Assembly: GCA_040437565.1 (NCBI GenBank)
Contig: JBDOQK010000032.1
Location: 1 to 64,000, forward strand
Direction: 5' to 3'
Length of the DNA: 64,000 nt
From: Albugo candida
Lineage: Eukaryota
Of this stretch, positions 39,451 through 51,823 are shown piece by piece. Positions within the stretch are counted from its first letter, which is position 1. The number at the start of each line of letters is the position of its first letter. The position numbers and the translations under genes were made by a program. The notes under the pieces were generated by a model. That model was not told where the DNA came from. It searched no databases and saw only the letters and a list, made by a program, of their open reading frames with translations.

Positions 39451-42400
39451 ATGCGACTGACGGCACAACCTTTTCTGTTTTTGTTTTTGGTATATGCAGA
39501 GTATAGACAAGGCTTTAGGGCTACAACGAACCGATTGATTGGTGAGGAAATCGTAGCAGCACGAAAGTGTGTGATCTGCAGGCAGGAACAACCTAAATAT
39601 AATATCCTTTTGTCAAAGTGCGAGTCTATATCGAACAGCTCACCATCATCATCCAATCAGTAAAAATGTACAGATGTTCATCTGCCTGGTAGAATCAATT
39701 GAAGGTGTCTATATTACTAGAATTAGACTAACTGACTTCTCTAGTTGCCTANNNNNNNNNNNNNNNNNNNNNNNNNNNNNNNNNNNNNNNNNNNNNNNNN
39801 NNNNNNNNNNNNNNNNNNNNNNNNNNNNNNNNNNNNNNNNNNNNNNNNNNNACCATGATGAAGGCCGCGCCATCTACCTCCAAACCATTGAGACCAACAC
39901 TTTATGCCCACGTCGGATCGGAAGAAGGATATGATCACATTGGCTGGAAGTAAACGACAATGATGACTCGGAATCCAAATCACTGGTCCATCGGTGAGAT
40001 ATTGGATCCAGTGATCGTTGGTGTAGAATGTCGGGGCTGTACACATAAGAAAAATTCCAACAACGCGAGAGATTTCGTTGCTCGAGTCAAACCGATAACT
40101 TTGTCCGGCAATGACGTCCACCAAGGCATTACTTTCTCGAACAAAACAGATCGCTTCGAGGGGACTTTTTCACCAACGTGGCGACTCCATCGCGTTGCAA
40201 ACGTAACATCTTCGCCAAGATTGTGTGCTTCAAAACCACGATTTATCATGAGTAGATGCGCCAGTTCATCCAAAGCTTTATCATTCGACTCCATACATGC
40301 GAGTAGCACACCATTCATCGTGATCGGATGATCAAGTGCCGCTCGGATGATTTTGTTCTGATTTGTGCAGAACTGGACTAGCTTCCGCACATGAGGTATG
40401 CAAGCATCAGCTTGAACCAGCTTGTCCGGTCGAAGTGAGTAGAGGGTATTTTTGGAATCGATTTCTATTAGCTCCCCTATGTCACCAACTCGGTTTGTTA
40501 GCTCCGATTTCTCAATTGTTGCGTGCCGTTTTTGATAAAAGTGTGCCGCCTCTTTCGAGGTGGCCACCTCTTTTGGCATTCGTGCTTTCATGAGCATAAT
40601 TTGAACACGTTTTCCATTCTCCGTATTGGCAACCGCTTTTATTTCTTCGATCTTCACCTCCATAGTTGCTAGCACAGAAAAATAATTAGTTGTCGCTAAC
40701 TTTGGAAGCGCAAGAGGTGGTGCTTTGGAGACCATTTGTTCGAGCGGCTCCATCCAATTACGTTTTCCACTAGTCCATGCCAACTGCATGGATATATCCT
40801 CATCCCGCTCCACTCGTGATTATGAGTACGATTGACTTGTCAGTTGGAGGATGGGAGGGATGGGAGGAGACGGCTGCTTTAAGGCCCGTGCGTCTAGTGG
40901 TGTGATAGTGGGGGAGTATTGAGCTCCAACGAGATTTGATCGGAGAGCTTCCGTTTAGATTTCATCGTCTCAAATTCTTGAGGGGTAACTGTCTACACTA
41001 CCGTTTGTGGTGCCACCACGAGTGCCTTTGGCTCGGTGGTTCGTTTTCGTTGATGTTTTTGTTTTTGTTGGGTTTGATTCTGAGTCGGAGGTTGCGTTTT
41101 GCTTTGCTTTTCGAGTTTGTTTTTATTGGGTTGTTGCTGTGCTCCATGGCTGGTGCTGCGCCCAAATTCAAGCAATAAGGACCACGTTGACCGAAACGTG
41201 GTCGTTCAGTTGGAACGGGAGCATTTCTCTCCGTACTAGGTAGAGATGTTTGTCGTAAGCGATGTGCTCAATCACTTTACCAACTCTAACCAGCTGTTTA
41301 GGGCATGTCGAACAGCCAAAGTAAACTCGCCAAGTCGACATCACAACTTCTTTAGTGGGGACCGTCTCGTGAAAGGTGTTATAAACCATCTGACACCCTA
41401 GTTTGTGAAGAGAACGGAGTATGTTGTTTTGCTCTTCCTCCACGCCTACGCCGAAGACATCAAAGTAATATTTGGTTTCATGAGTATCAAACCCCCATAA
41501 AAACCACTTTTCCCCAAGGATAGTCACCGGATGAAACTCCAACTGTTGGAAGGCCTCCGCCGTGGTGACCATCACCCTGATGTTGCCCCCAAGCATTATG
41601 GATACTTGAGCGATTGACCGGATCTTCGGTAGGCTTTCAAAGACCGGATTGACGTGGTCTCGCAATTAGGAAGGTCAACATTTCCCCATTCGGAGTACAG
41701 GTCAAGGACTGACCCGTCCCCAAGACCATTGGGAAGGTTTCTTTCCGTATTTGGAAAGGTCTTTCTGCTTCCAGTTTCACAGACAAAACTTACCAATCCG
41801 GGTGCTCCCCGTCTGCATATAGCTGCAGTATAGCCTCGATATCCGAGGCTTTCGGCATTGGGAGCTCCACGCGAAATTTCACCCGAGCTGTAGCCTGGTC
41901 CTTACACAAGGACTTCTGTGACTTGATAGTGTCAGCCAGCGTAAGACTTTTAGTGTCGTCAACACTTGCAGGTGCCTTTGGGTCCACCTGTGACGAGGCA
42001 ATGACAGTACCGCATGCACCATCCAGTAGCACATCCTGTATCGATAGTACCGGTATTGCCCAGCACCGTCACACTGGGGGTCGGGGGTACTTTCCACGTC
42101 ATCACAACTGGACGCTAGCACCCTGGTTTGTGTCGACATGTCGACTTGAACCATTGTTTTCGAGAAAAAAGAATTTAAAAAAGCTGTTTGTCGAGCTGTT
42201 TCTACTAAATTGGCGGTTTACGTAGTAGCTGGCAAATTAAGAAGTGCCTGGTAGGATCAATCGCCCACTTCTTTCCTACAGGATAGTAATTTTCATGGAC
42301 CATTCAACTAAGTCAACATCTCTCCGATTCGAGGATGTATAAACCCAATAAACAGCAAAAACTTCAGAACGATCCGGTACAAGAAACAAACCGTTTTTCA

Positions 42401-45400
42401 ATTTTAATGTCCATAGCCTCTTCACACAGCGAACATGCTCTCATACCTGCCAGAAAAGTGAAAAAAAACCGAATGGCAATTAGGTCTTGACCTGCACCAT
42501 CCACCATGATGATGTATTGAGCATATGACTCGCAGAAAAATTCATCTCGAATATTCACCAGAAGCCATAAAGTAGCGCTGTTTGCTGCTTGTCGAGCCTA
42601 TTGCCAAGACATCAGACATTTCTAGTTTATAGGGTGTAATGTACTCGACAAGCTAGAGCAAGACACCCAGCGATTGAGGCTTCTGAGGGCGTTTTGAATA
42701 AATTGCTCAAATCCGAGAAGACTGGCCTGATCTCTCTCCTTGTGAACGAATGATTTGATTTCATTCACGTATCAGTGGCAGTCCGCAACTTTTAAGCCAA
42801 GATGCGTTTTTATCTGCAGATTTGCAGAATAAAATCAAAATTTCGAAAGACATGTCTGACGTCATGGCAAACGAGAGACGCGAGTGTCTAGACCCTGTCA
42901 TTTGGGTGGACTGGACTGTACCACTGACTATCGAAATACGTAATACAACGTCGTGGAAGACGACTGAACAAGATCATTGTTCGATTGATTTGTCAATTAG
43001 AAGATATTCGAAACGCATATGATGCCACACATGATATGACATTGATAGCATCTTGAGTAATAACTCTTACTCTGTGTAGGTACACAAATGAGAAGATGAA
43101 CCCGACCGCTGCTTGCGCATGACTTTAAAAGTGAATTTTCAAGACCATGTTGAACTGGATCTGTCGCTCTTTTTACCTCAGATGAGAACTATAAGTCTGC
43201 AAACCATACATATTTCAAGGATTTCCACCCTTGCTACCTCTGGCGAGCACATACATGCCATGTAAAGACTTATGTAGCGGATGCTACATCCACTTTTTTT
43301 AAATTGAGCTGCAGCTTATTGAAGCTGGCTGGCCGGTTCCTTCTTAGGCGCTTAGATTTCGCAACGCACCTAATAATACGGGTGAATTTGCAGTAAAATC
43401 TTCACCAAGGGGTAATTCGGATAGCGGAGAGACCGAAGTCCCTACAACCAAGGAGATGACAATCCTGCTAAGAACAAGTACAGCAGAAACTGAACAGTAT
43501 CCAGATTTGTTAGATAGAAGTTCTTAAAAAGGTGTGCTTTGTCTGAGCGCACCCCTTAAGAACTTTACGTAGATACATCGTATCACGTGAAGACAAACTA
43601 TCTCGACTTTATTGCATCACCAGATTAACCTTGGAATGTTCTAATTGGGGACTGATATCTACATCAGTGAGCATGCTGGAAAGTGTTAGCGAAAGTCAAT
43701 ATAGTGTCAATTTATACCATCTCAGGATATTTTGCGGCTGCTAGATTTATAGCTTCATGTTATTCAGAACATCTTTATCTGTTGGTTTAGACACCACGCC
43801 GTATTTTTGTGTCGGTTCGAGTACTGTGAAGATGCAAATAGCCTCGTACAAGTTTGGCGGGCCAAGGAGTTAGTAAGTACATGCGCTGAGTCATCGCCTA
43901 ATACGATCAGCGTCGCATTTGCGATACGAATAATACCTCTATATTCAGAAGAAATTGGAATTACTCTACAAGACAGAGAATTTGATATGTATGGATTAAC
44001 TAGTCCACGCAGATATAAGTACAGAATATCCGCTATCTCTCAATACAAGCTAGCACATTTGATGTATTTAATCAGTACGGACAACAAGAGAAAGATGATA
44101 AGCGTAGTATCCATGAGTGGGAAAAGAGACCGTCCCTAGCTTAGAAGCTGTGTGCTACAAGACGAGTGCAGTTTTCAAATGCCGTCAACGATATTAATGA
44201 AAACAGGGAGTGAGAATGTAAGTGGACCAATGCTACGGTAAGAAGCAGATGATAATGCCAATGTACATATAAATGTTTTCTGCCCATGAAGTCAGAAATT
44301 CGGTATTATGAATAGAACGATTTGTGATGATATGAGCGTAATACGAGCAGTAAATGTGTATATTGTACGGTTTGGACATTATGATTGCTGTATCTACCTA
44401 ACGCTCATCATTATGGCGCGATCCGGCCCCTAGGATGTATTAAGCCATTATNNNNNNNNNNNNNNNNNNNNNNNNNNNNNNNNNNNNNNNNNNNNNNNNN
44501 NNNNNNNNNNNNNNNNNNNNNNNNNNNNNNNNNNNNNNNNNNNNNNNNNNNTTATGAATAGAACGATTTGTGATGATATGAGCGTAATACGAGCAGTAAA
44601 TGTGTATATTGTACGGTTTGGACATTATGATTGCTGTATCTACCTAACGCTCATCATTATGGCGCGATCCGGCCCCTAGGATGTATTAAGCCATTATGTA
44701 GCTAATTCAGCAACGTATATTCCATGGTTTGCTTTATAATCTTTTCATGCATCCTGATAAGATATAGTAGTAAACCCTGCTTACAGAGAATAGCTGTACT
44801 GGAAAAGCATTTGAAAACTCATTTGAGCAAAATCTTACATGTCTTAATTGAATTTCGTCCTGTGATGTTTTGTGGAATCTGTGTCTCTTTGATAGTGATC
44901 TCAGGCGAATCTACTGCCGACATTTCATTGATAGCATCGAAGTGCATGAATACAATATTTCCTGGCCGTAATTCAAACCTAAAGTATATATTCCGATACT
45001 CAACGACTCACATCGCGCAGGTGAAGATCTCGATTATCCACAGCGCAAAAAGAGCGATATTTCTCTAGCTGGGGTAGTGCTGTTTTGAAAAGTACATATC
45101 TACAATGGACTGCTGTATTCGAGAGGTATTATTTCTACGGAATGGTCGCATTGCACTCTAGGACTCATCTTATACTCAAAGGAGCATGCCTGAAACAACA
45201 ATCTTGCGAGAAATAGAGAAAGTACGACCTAGAAATATGGCGATTTCTCATGAGAACCTTGAATCGTACAAAGATGTGTAGAGTTTTCGTATCACGTATA
45301 GAAACGATAACGCATAGACATTACAGCGGTGACCTGATGTATATGTGACTCGTTATCTAAAAATTGTATCCTCCATTGTAACTAATTACGCGCCCATGAG

Positions 45401-45950
45401 AATAACAAACCAGTCACCCATGCGGTATCGAGTTTGACTTAGGATCCATCTCCCCTTGTTTCAAACACTTGTCGAGTTAGGTAAGATGAAATTCTGTCGA
45501 TACACAACTGAATCACACATGCTGACGCAGGGTACTGACTAACATTAGCTATGAAATGAATGAGTGATGAGCTCAGATAAGATGATGACTAGGGCAAAGA
45601 TAATGCTGATAGAAGCCATTGTTGACTTCTCATGCTAGAGGAGGCATTGCTAACTGCTTCATCAAGCTACCAGTAATATTAAGTATGATCGATTGCGCTC
45701 GTGTGTATGAAATGGCAATTCCTCTTCTAGAAAGCGTTCAATATGTTTTGATCCGAATCAGCCGCGATCTCTTTCCTTACCTGGCGCACCTGCTTTTTCT
45801 TGCCTCTTTTGTCCCACAGCAAGAAAGTCCCAGTCACTCACGTATTGAATCTTCTGTAATAATTCACGTCTTTGTGATCGCTCCCCAGAAACTTGATACC
45901 CTAATTATACGATAAATAGACTATGTACCGCATTGCATTATGCACATGCC
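39451..45950 (+). pseudogene. Decayed paralogue(s) of the Cys-module secreted protein, interrupted by a LINE
   Basis: MRLTAQPFLFLFLVYA...AARKCVIC (signal-like plus CxxC). Downstream matches: SCVLQDECSF ~ YCNFNEQCSY, FCGICV, RNGRIAL ~ ADGNIAY and GIANCFI ~ QIGNCFM. It may be one long gene or two. Confidence 0.6.
39697..42244 (-). mobile_element. L1-like LINE copy 2 (5' end, ORF1 and 3' terminus; ORF2 missing or hidden in the gap)
   Basis: The ORF1 end matches LINE copy 1 (ACMESNDKALDELAHL ~ SCMESNDPALGKVAHL). The family 3' end is at 39697-39751. TSD TGCCTGGTAG(A/G)ATCAAT at 39683-39699 and 42245-42261. Confidence 0.88.
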
Positions 45951-45979
45951 TCCAATAATTGTTTAATCAACGTGCTGTA

Positions 45980-47581
45980 TTGTTATTGGAACTGAAGATC
46001 CACCAAATATTTCACTGAACTGTACCCCATCGACATGGGAATTGGCTCAATCGGAGAGAACATCTTCTTGGTGGAAACACATTATAATGTGGCATCAGAT
46101 GGATTGCAGCGTCACAATACCAGGTCTAAATTCTCTACAACGCCTTCGGTACTACATGGAACAACCGATGTCGTTTCACTGAGACCAAGAATTACATTAT
46201 GAAGTTGCCACTCAAAATCCAAAACGTTTAGTACAATCTTAGCACAGTGGACGACCCGCTCGCGCATTATCGGGAATTTTTCGCTACAGCTTTCGACATC
46301 CATAGTCTTCAAGACTTATTCAAGAAAGCAGCACGTGGCCAACTAAGGAAGACTTCGTCGACATATGTTATAGCGACGAAGAGCTAAATACATCGGGTAT
46401 GGCGAAAGTAAAGTTTCTGAGTCGACTACAACGAAGTCACTGAGATACTATACCGTATCCATTCGACGATAGGTCTCATCACTTGTATTCAGCCAAATAC
46501 AAGTGGTAGAACGTTTTATGTGGAAGTATAAGCAAGGAGAGGAAGAAATAGTTCCCATCTATTCCACGCCGTCAACTCTTACGAATCGTCTGGAAACCTC
46601 CCGAACCAACCAAGAGTCATCCGATGTTGACATATTGGTCTTCGCGGGAGAGATTAGACGCGATGGATTCATAACGAATCAAACCATTTATGGCCTCATC
46701 ACGGCATCTTCGGAAAGCTGTCTTGTCTTTTTTTGAAGATCTTAAGCTCCTTCTGGACTTTCGGATGTTGTCAGCTCGATATCGTTTCTAGTTTTCAAAG
46801 GATATTCATTCCGACATTATATTGTGCGTGCAGCCTTCGTGTGCACAGGAAATCCGCTCAACATCTCTTTCCCGAGTGCGATGACACGGCACAATTATGG
46901 AGGGAGTTACTTCCTACATGAGATCAATTCTTCTCATCCCGACCATGTTGGTCGTATATTGCATGTGTAATTGTGTCAGTATTACGGTCGGCATGGAAGA
47001 ATTATCATCAGATTTATGGCACGCATTGCAAGCGGTGACGCTGCCGTTTGTCTGGACCAATCGGAATCGTCGTTTATTCGATCAGCGATCAGCAACTGCG
47101 TCAGTTTCATTACTTAACGTGATTTACACCACGTTAAGTGCGTACGTTGGGTACTTTCGAAAACAGTGTTGCGATCAAGACTTAACGCATTCGGCTGGCA
47201 TAGGTGTTGGATTAACTCGCAACGCAGGATCATTCGTTGGTCTTTTCAATTGTCGAACATCATTGCTGCCGTTACGACATAGGCAAGCCGAAATGCAAGC
47301 GCAACTCGGATCCTATTCCTAGTTGGACGGCTATGTTCAGNNNNNNNNNNNNNNNNNNNNNNNNNNNNNNNNNNNNNNNNNNNNNNNNNNNNNNNNNNNN
47401 NNNNNNNNNNNNNNNNNNNNNNNNNNNNNNNNNNNNNNNNCGTGAAGAGTAGTAAATCCATTCAGGCCCGCAAATATTACAGATTATAGGTGGTGTGCAC
47501 TGTATACATATATTATTTTAGATAGACTAGGCAACTAGAGAAGTCAGTTAGTCTAATTCTAGTAATATAGAGCCTCCAACT
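45980..47581 (+). mobile_element. 5'-truncated L1-like LINE copy 3
   Basis: Collinear with 23800-23936 plus 26681-27842, and ends in the family 3' terminus (...CCTCCAACT). Confidence 0.88.
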
Positions 47582-50239
47582 ATATCGAAGCACTTCACCT
47601 GTGATTGGATACTACATACAGGTTTTGATTGAATAAAGGAACCAGTGGAGTGCTGAACGGAAAGTTTCTTCGGGTGTCTTTATCGTGTCTATAAAGCCGA
47701 ATTGATATTTCATGTTGATTCACACAAAAGCCCTAAACTTTATTAAGGCACAAATAATACACACAAAAATCCAAGAAACTACATATAATTCTGGCGTTGT
47801 CTATCTATCTCTCAAAAGACTATGGATTTCTTACATTGGGCCTTTTTTAATGTTGTGCCCAATTTGACCGCAACGTCTACACTTTCGGTGCCTGGAATCC
47901 ACGATTTTTATGTAATGAAGGCTCACTTGTGGTTTAAAGACTGATATTGATTTCGGACATGAGGTGGTCTGCCTCTTGTTCGCTGTAAATGAGGCTCGTT
48001 TGGAGCTCGAGACCTCTGAGAAGCAAGTTCCATCGAAATATATTCTGTTGCAGTTTTTGTTGTTTACCTGATGTCGAATAAACCTCAGCAATACTGCTAA
48101 TTACATAAATGATATCACAGGTAGGTGCATTAATTGAGCTTTTGCAATAGATTGCAGTTGGGTAACAGGCAATGGTGACGTGGGTATGTGAATGGAGATT
48201 ATTTATGAACAATGCACCATTAGCTGCTGTTTTTCCCGAAGTTTGTGGGGAAGAGGCAATCCAATTGTCCTTATGAATTAGCTGCTGGGTTAGTTACCGT
48301 TTACGTATCTAGTTGCAAACCGCTTACGCCTCTAACGTATCGGGTTAGGTACTGGGCCGATATCTTTCTAGATATGGATGCAAGGATCTTTTAAGATTTT
48401 TGTAAGGAGAGAACTAAAAAGAAAAATGCACTTACTTTATGTCGGAACAGGAATAGAGCAAGCAATCGACGAAGTTGTCTTCTGGATTGCTTCATGGAAG
48501 ATTTGTCGAAGACAAATCAACAAGGAAGATAGAATAAGGTTACCTTAGAAGAAAAAATTGTCGCTGCAGAAGTCATGCAAAGAAGAACGCTCATCAGTTG
48601 AAGACATGAGTGCCAGCTAGAGGAGTTATGAGAAGCTAGAGAGAATATCGTCCGACTCTGAGGAACCAAAAACAATCCGAGATTTCCGGCGACTAGATCC
48701 AGCTGGTCCATTTGATGGGTAACTCCCGGATGAGAGAATTTGGAGGATGACGGAGGATTACGAGATGACAGACGTTTCAGGGATAATCGGGTATGCACTG
48801 CACCCCAGCCTCAAAAGCAACCAATGAATAGAGGGGAGACAGACATGTTTGAACAGCCGTTCGTCATTACAGTATTAGCTTGCGTGGATGTATAGTCGAG
48901 AGGACAAATATTGAAGTCGGAAATGGAAAAAGCCCCGATGCAAATGACCGAACAATGCTAAATAAACTATTTCGGGAAGTGACGAGAGCCGGATAATGGG
49001 AACTTCTCAATCTCGATAAAGGAATGCGCAGAATAAGAATGGATACCCCCTCTAAACGATGCAGAATCAAGACTATCGCGGATCAAAAACCAAGTCTACA
49101 TAATCTTGGACGAGCACGGATTGCAGGAATACGTGGAACATACGGATCCAAAACGCATTGTCACATGTAGGGTCGATCATTTAGAGGCTTCAACCTTTAA
49201 AAGCAAAATTGTGGAAAACATTGTAATGGACATTCACAAAACTAAAACGAAACACGCTGTGATCTTTTTCAAGTGGTGTCATGAGTTGTTGTAAATAGTC
49301 AGGAAGTCGGAACCGCATTAAATGATGGATAATACGCCACATATATGTGAGTATAAGGATACGAAGGCAATGAAGGGCGAAAGTCTCATGAACTTCCACG
49401 AAAGAATATTGGATAAGAATTCGAGCATTTTTCGCCAGATACGAATTGAAAAAGCGATGGGTAATAGCTCGAGTGCAAGATCACGTTTCAAGCGTTTTAA
49501 TTGTGAAAGGGGGGAACTCCGTGAGAATTGTCCTATGTGTGATCCTGATGAAGCAGAGAGATTACTAAAAGAACGCAAAACGCAGAGCTAAAGAAAAATA
49601 GACCTCGTAGAGAGAGTATAAAATTAAGTGATTGAGACTCTAGCGGTGAAGGAAAGACCACAGTGGATGGAACTGCTAACGTAAACACATTATTGGATTC
49701 TGAACCTGATTATCGCATGGCATCAGCGGGTCTTGTAAGAGCGCTTTCAAAAGAGAAATTTCTCGCGATAAAGGAACGAAAAATCCCAGTAAAATAAAAA
49801 CCATGGGGAAGACACCTTTGTGGTTAAACGAAGTGTTTTACTGCAGTGTTTGGAGTTCAATACAAGTGGAGGACCGCCGGTGTGGAAAAATTTAAATTGC
49901 TCGTAAATGACGGAGAAAATTCGATGTCACTATAAAGGATAGACAATTGATGGAAAAGATGGGCTATTCAGTAAAAGCGATTCTGAAAGGAGCCAGAAAG
50001 AAATAGCGAATATAACATGAGAAGAAAGAAACAAATCAAAGTACTCCGGATTCTAGCTCGTTACAACTTTGCGAAGATAAACTCTTCGACGATGAAGTGG
50101 AACCCAGCGATGAGAAGAAGAAGAATTACACCAGAAGTGAGCCAATCGATTCACACAAGGATCGTACTCAGAGCATTTCGGAGAAGAAAGTAGAGGAAGA
50201 GAAAATCGAAGGTGCCGCAATTGAACCGCTTGTTCGTTA

Positions 50240-50637
50240 AATGGAGTTTTTACTCAAATACCATGATTTTTTTCGCTTTGCGTTTGCCGCGGATCTTTCA
50301 GTAAAGGTCTAACGAAGGGTGCGTACCCAGCTCAGTTAAGGGTGTTCGCCCGTAGTACTTTTATTTAGACACCGTTCTGTTACTACAGTTTGTTGGTTAT
50401 CTACTCTATTCTAATCACTAGTATGTAACGCTCTGAAGAGCCCGGTCCAACTCCCGTACAGTTATTTTCTGGTGTAGTTGCCAGCGGTCTTGACACGTCC
50501 ATATTTTCATTGAGTAGGGTGATATTTACGTGGAGGAATCTTTGCCTTCGCCGAGGGGCCCCATCGCAGCCCTTTTGTCATCGCTGGGATTCGAACCGGG
50601 GAACACATGTGCACTAACCGCTAAGCCCCCCGACGGA
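50240..50637 (-). mobile_element. Candidate tRNA-derived SINE
   Basis: Minus-strand A box GGGCTTAGCGG (50618-50628) and perfect B box GGTTCGAATCC (50587-50597). The anticodon arm is shortened and there is no T-run terminator after the head. The 3' limit is inferred. Confidence 0.55.
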
Positions 50638-50659
50638 GTGCAATCGTACCAACCCTAAG

Positions 50660-50741
50660 GTCGGATTGGAAAGATTATTTAGCAATTATATCAGATTTAT
50701 GGCTTTCATTGCAAGCGGTGACACTGCACTTCGTCTGGACA
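50660..50741 (+). mobile_element. LINE ORF2 C-terminal fragment running into a gap
   Basis: Matches 27520-27590 and 47000-47060 (WKDY...SDLW..LQAVTL.FVWT). Confidence 0.75.
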
Positions 50742-51809
50742 NNNNNNNNNNNNNNNNNNNNNNNNNNNNNNNNNNNNNNNNNNNNNNNNNNNNNNNNNNN
50801 NNNNNNNNNNNNNNNNNNNNNNNNNNNNNNNNNNNNNNNNNAAAAAAGGCAGTTATGTAGAAGCTCTGGAAGCTTAAATGCCCACCATCATTTGGCTACG
50901 GCTTGTTGTCCGTAGGCAACCGAGACCGTTAAGGTCATGAATCGGCAGTTAATCAAGGTGATGCGTTCATTATCGAGTGAACAAAAACAACGGATTGTAA
51001 TTGGCCCGTTTTATTACCGCTATTTCAATCTGCGATAATCAGATACCGTCACGTCGACTTGGAGTAATTTATTCAGTAGCTTTTCTTACTGCGTTGCCGC
51101 AGGATGACGCAATCGGCGTATGTATCAGCCATCACTATTACAAGGCACAGCTGCGTTTACTGAACATAAACTTAGGGAAATGCACCACCACCATATGTCA
51201 GAACTGTAGAGTAATTGAGTGATATGCACAAAAAGGTGGTGGAAGCTTCCCATAAAAAAATAATGAAGATGCACGGCGTAGAAAAGTACGGAAACATGGC
51301 GTCTCTCCCTTGAACTTTTTCATAGGCTATTTTGTTCTGGAGGGAAGTGATACAAGGCGTACTAACAAGCTGATGCTTTAGTGGAAAGCTTTTATCGAGT
51401 GGTGGCGATGCTACACGTTGGACTTGTGACGTCTAGGAATTGATCGAATCATTTAGTGTCCTCACAAGACACGTCACCAGGTTGAAGCTTTTTCGAGAAA
51501 AGGATTTGAACGTCTCGCGAAATTTGACGGACTACGTCCTGTACGCGAACGGAGGACATTTAGTGAGACGTTTCTTAGACTACCGCCTCAATACCGATAA
51601 TCTTTAATGGAGGTACTCGTGCATATTGGAAGAAGTTCAAGATGGTGAGAGTGTGTAGACGGTTCGGCCGACCATTCCCAGCGGATAGGTGCATCCACGA
51701 TCTGTTCATAAAATGGTTGGATGGTAGAGAGCGTAAAAAGCATTGTTTGTAGGACGTTCAAAACAACGTCTACTTTTCACAGCATCCTCTTGATACCTTA
51801 AGTCTAACA

Positions 51810-51823
51810 GGTTATGAGCCCAA
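51810..51823 (+). promoter_or_regulatory. Half-tRNA-iMet primer-binding site
   Basis: GGTTATGAGCCCAA lies directly after the LTR end CA. Confidence 0.85.

Noticed and set aside
39674-39751. Apparent CCG motif ...ICLVESIEG
   Set aside because: The sequence from about 39697 on, including the Gly codon, is the reverse-complemented LINE 3' end, not gene sequence.
42364-42558. Minus-strand ORF with CSLC as another family member
   Set aside because: It is short and antisense to the better-supported + strand pseudogene, with no other shared motifs.
44306-44697. 146-bp direct duplication
   Set aside because: Identical gap-flank overlap, so an assembly artefact.
50576-50637. Functional tRNA gene
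   Set aside because: The anticodon arm is too short and the acceptor stem is mismatched. It is treated as a SINE head or pseudogene.
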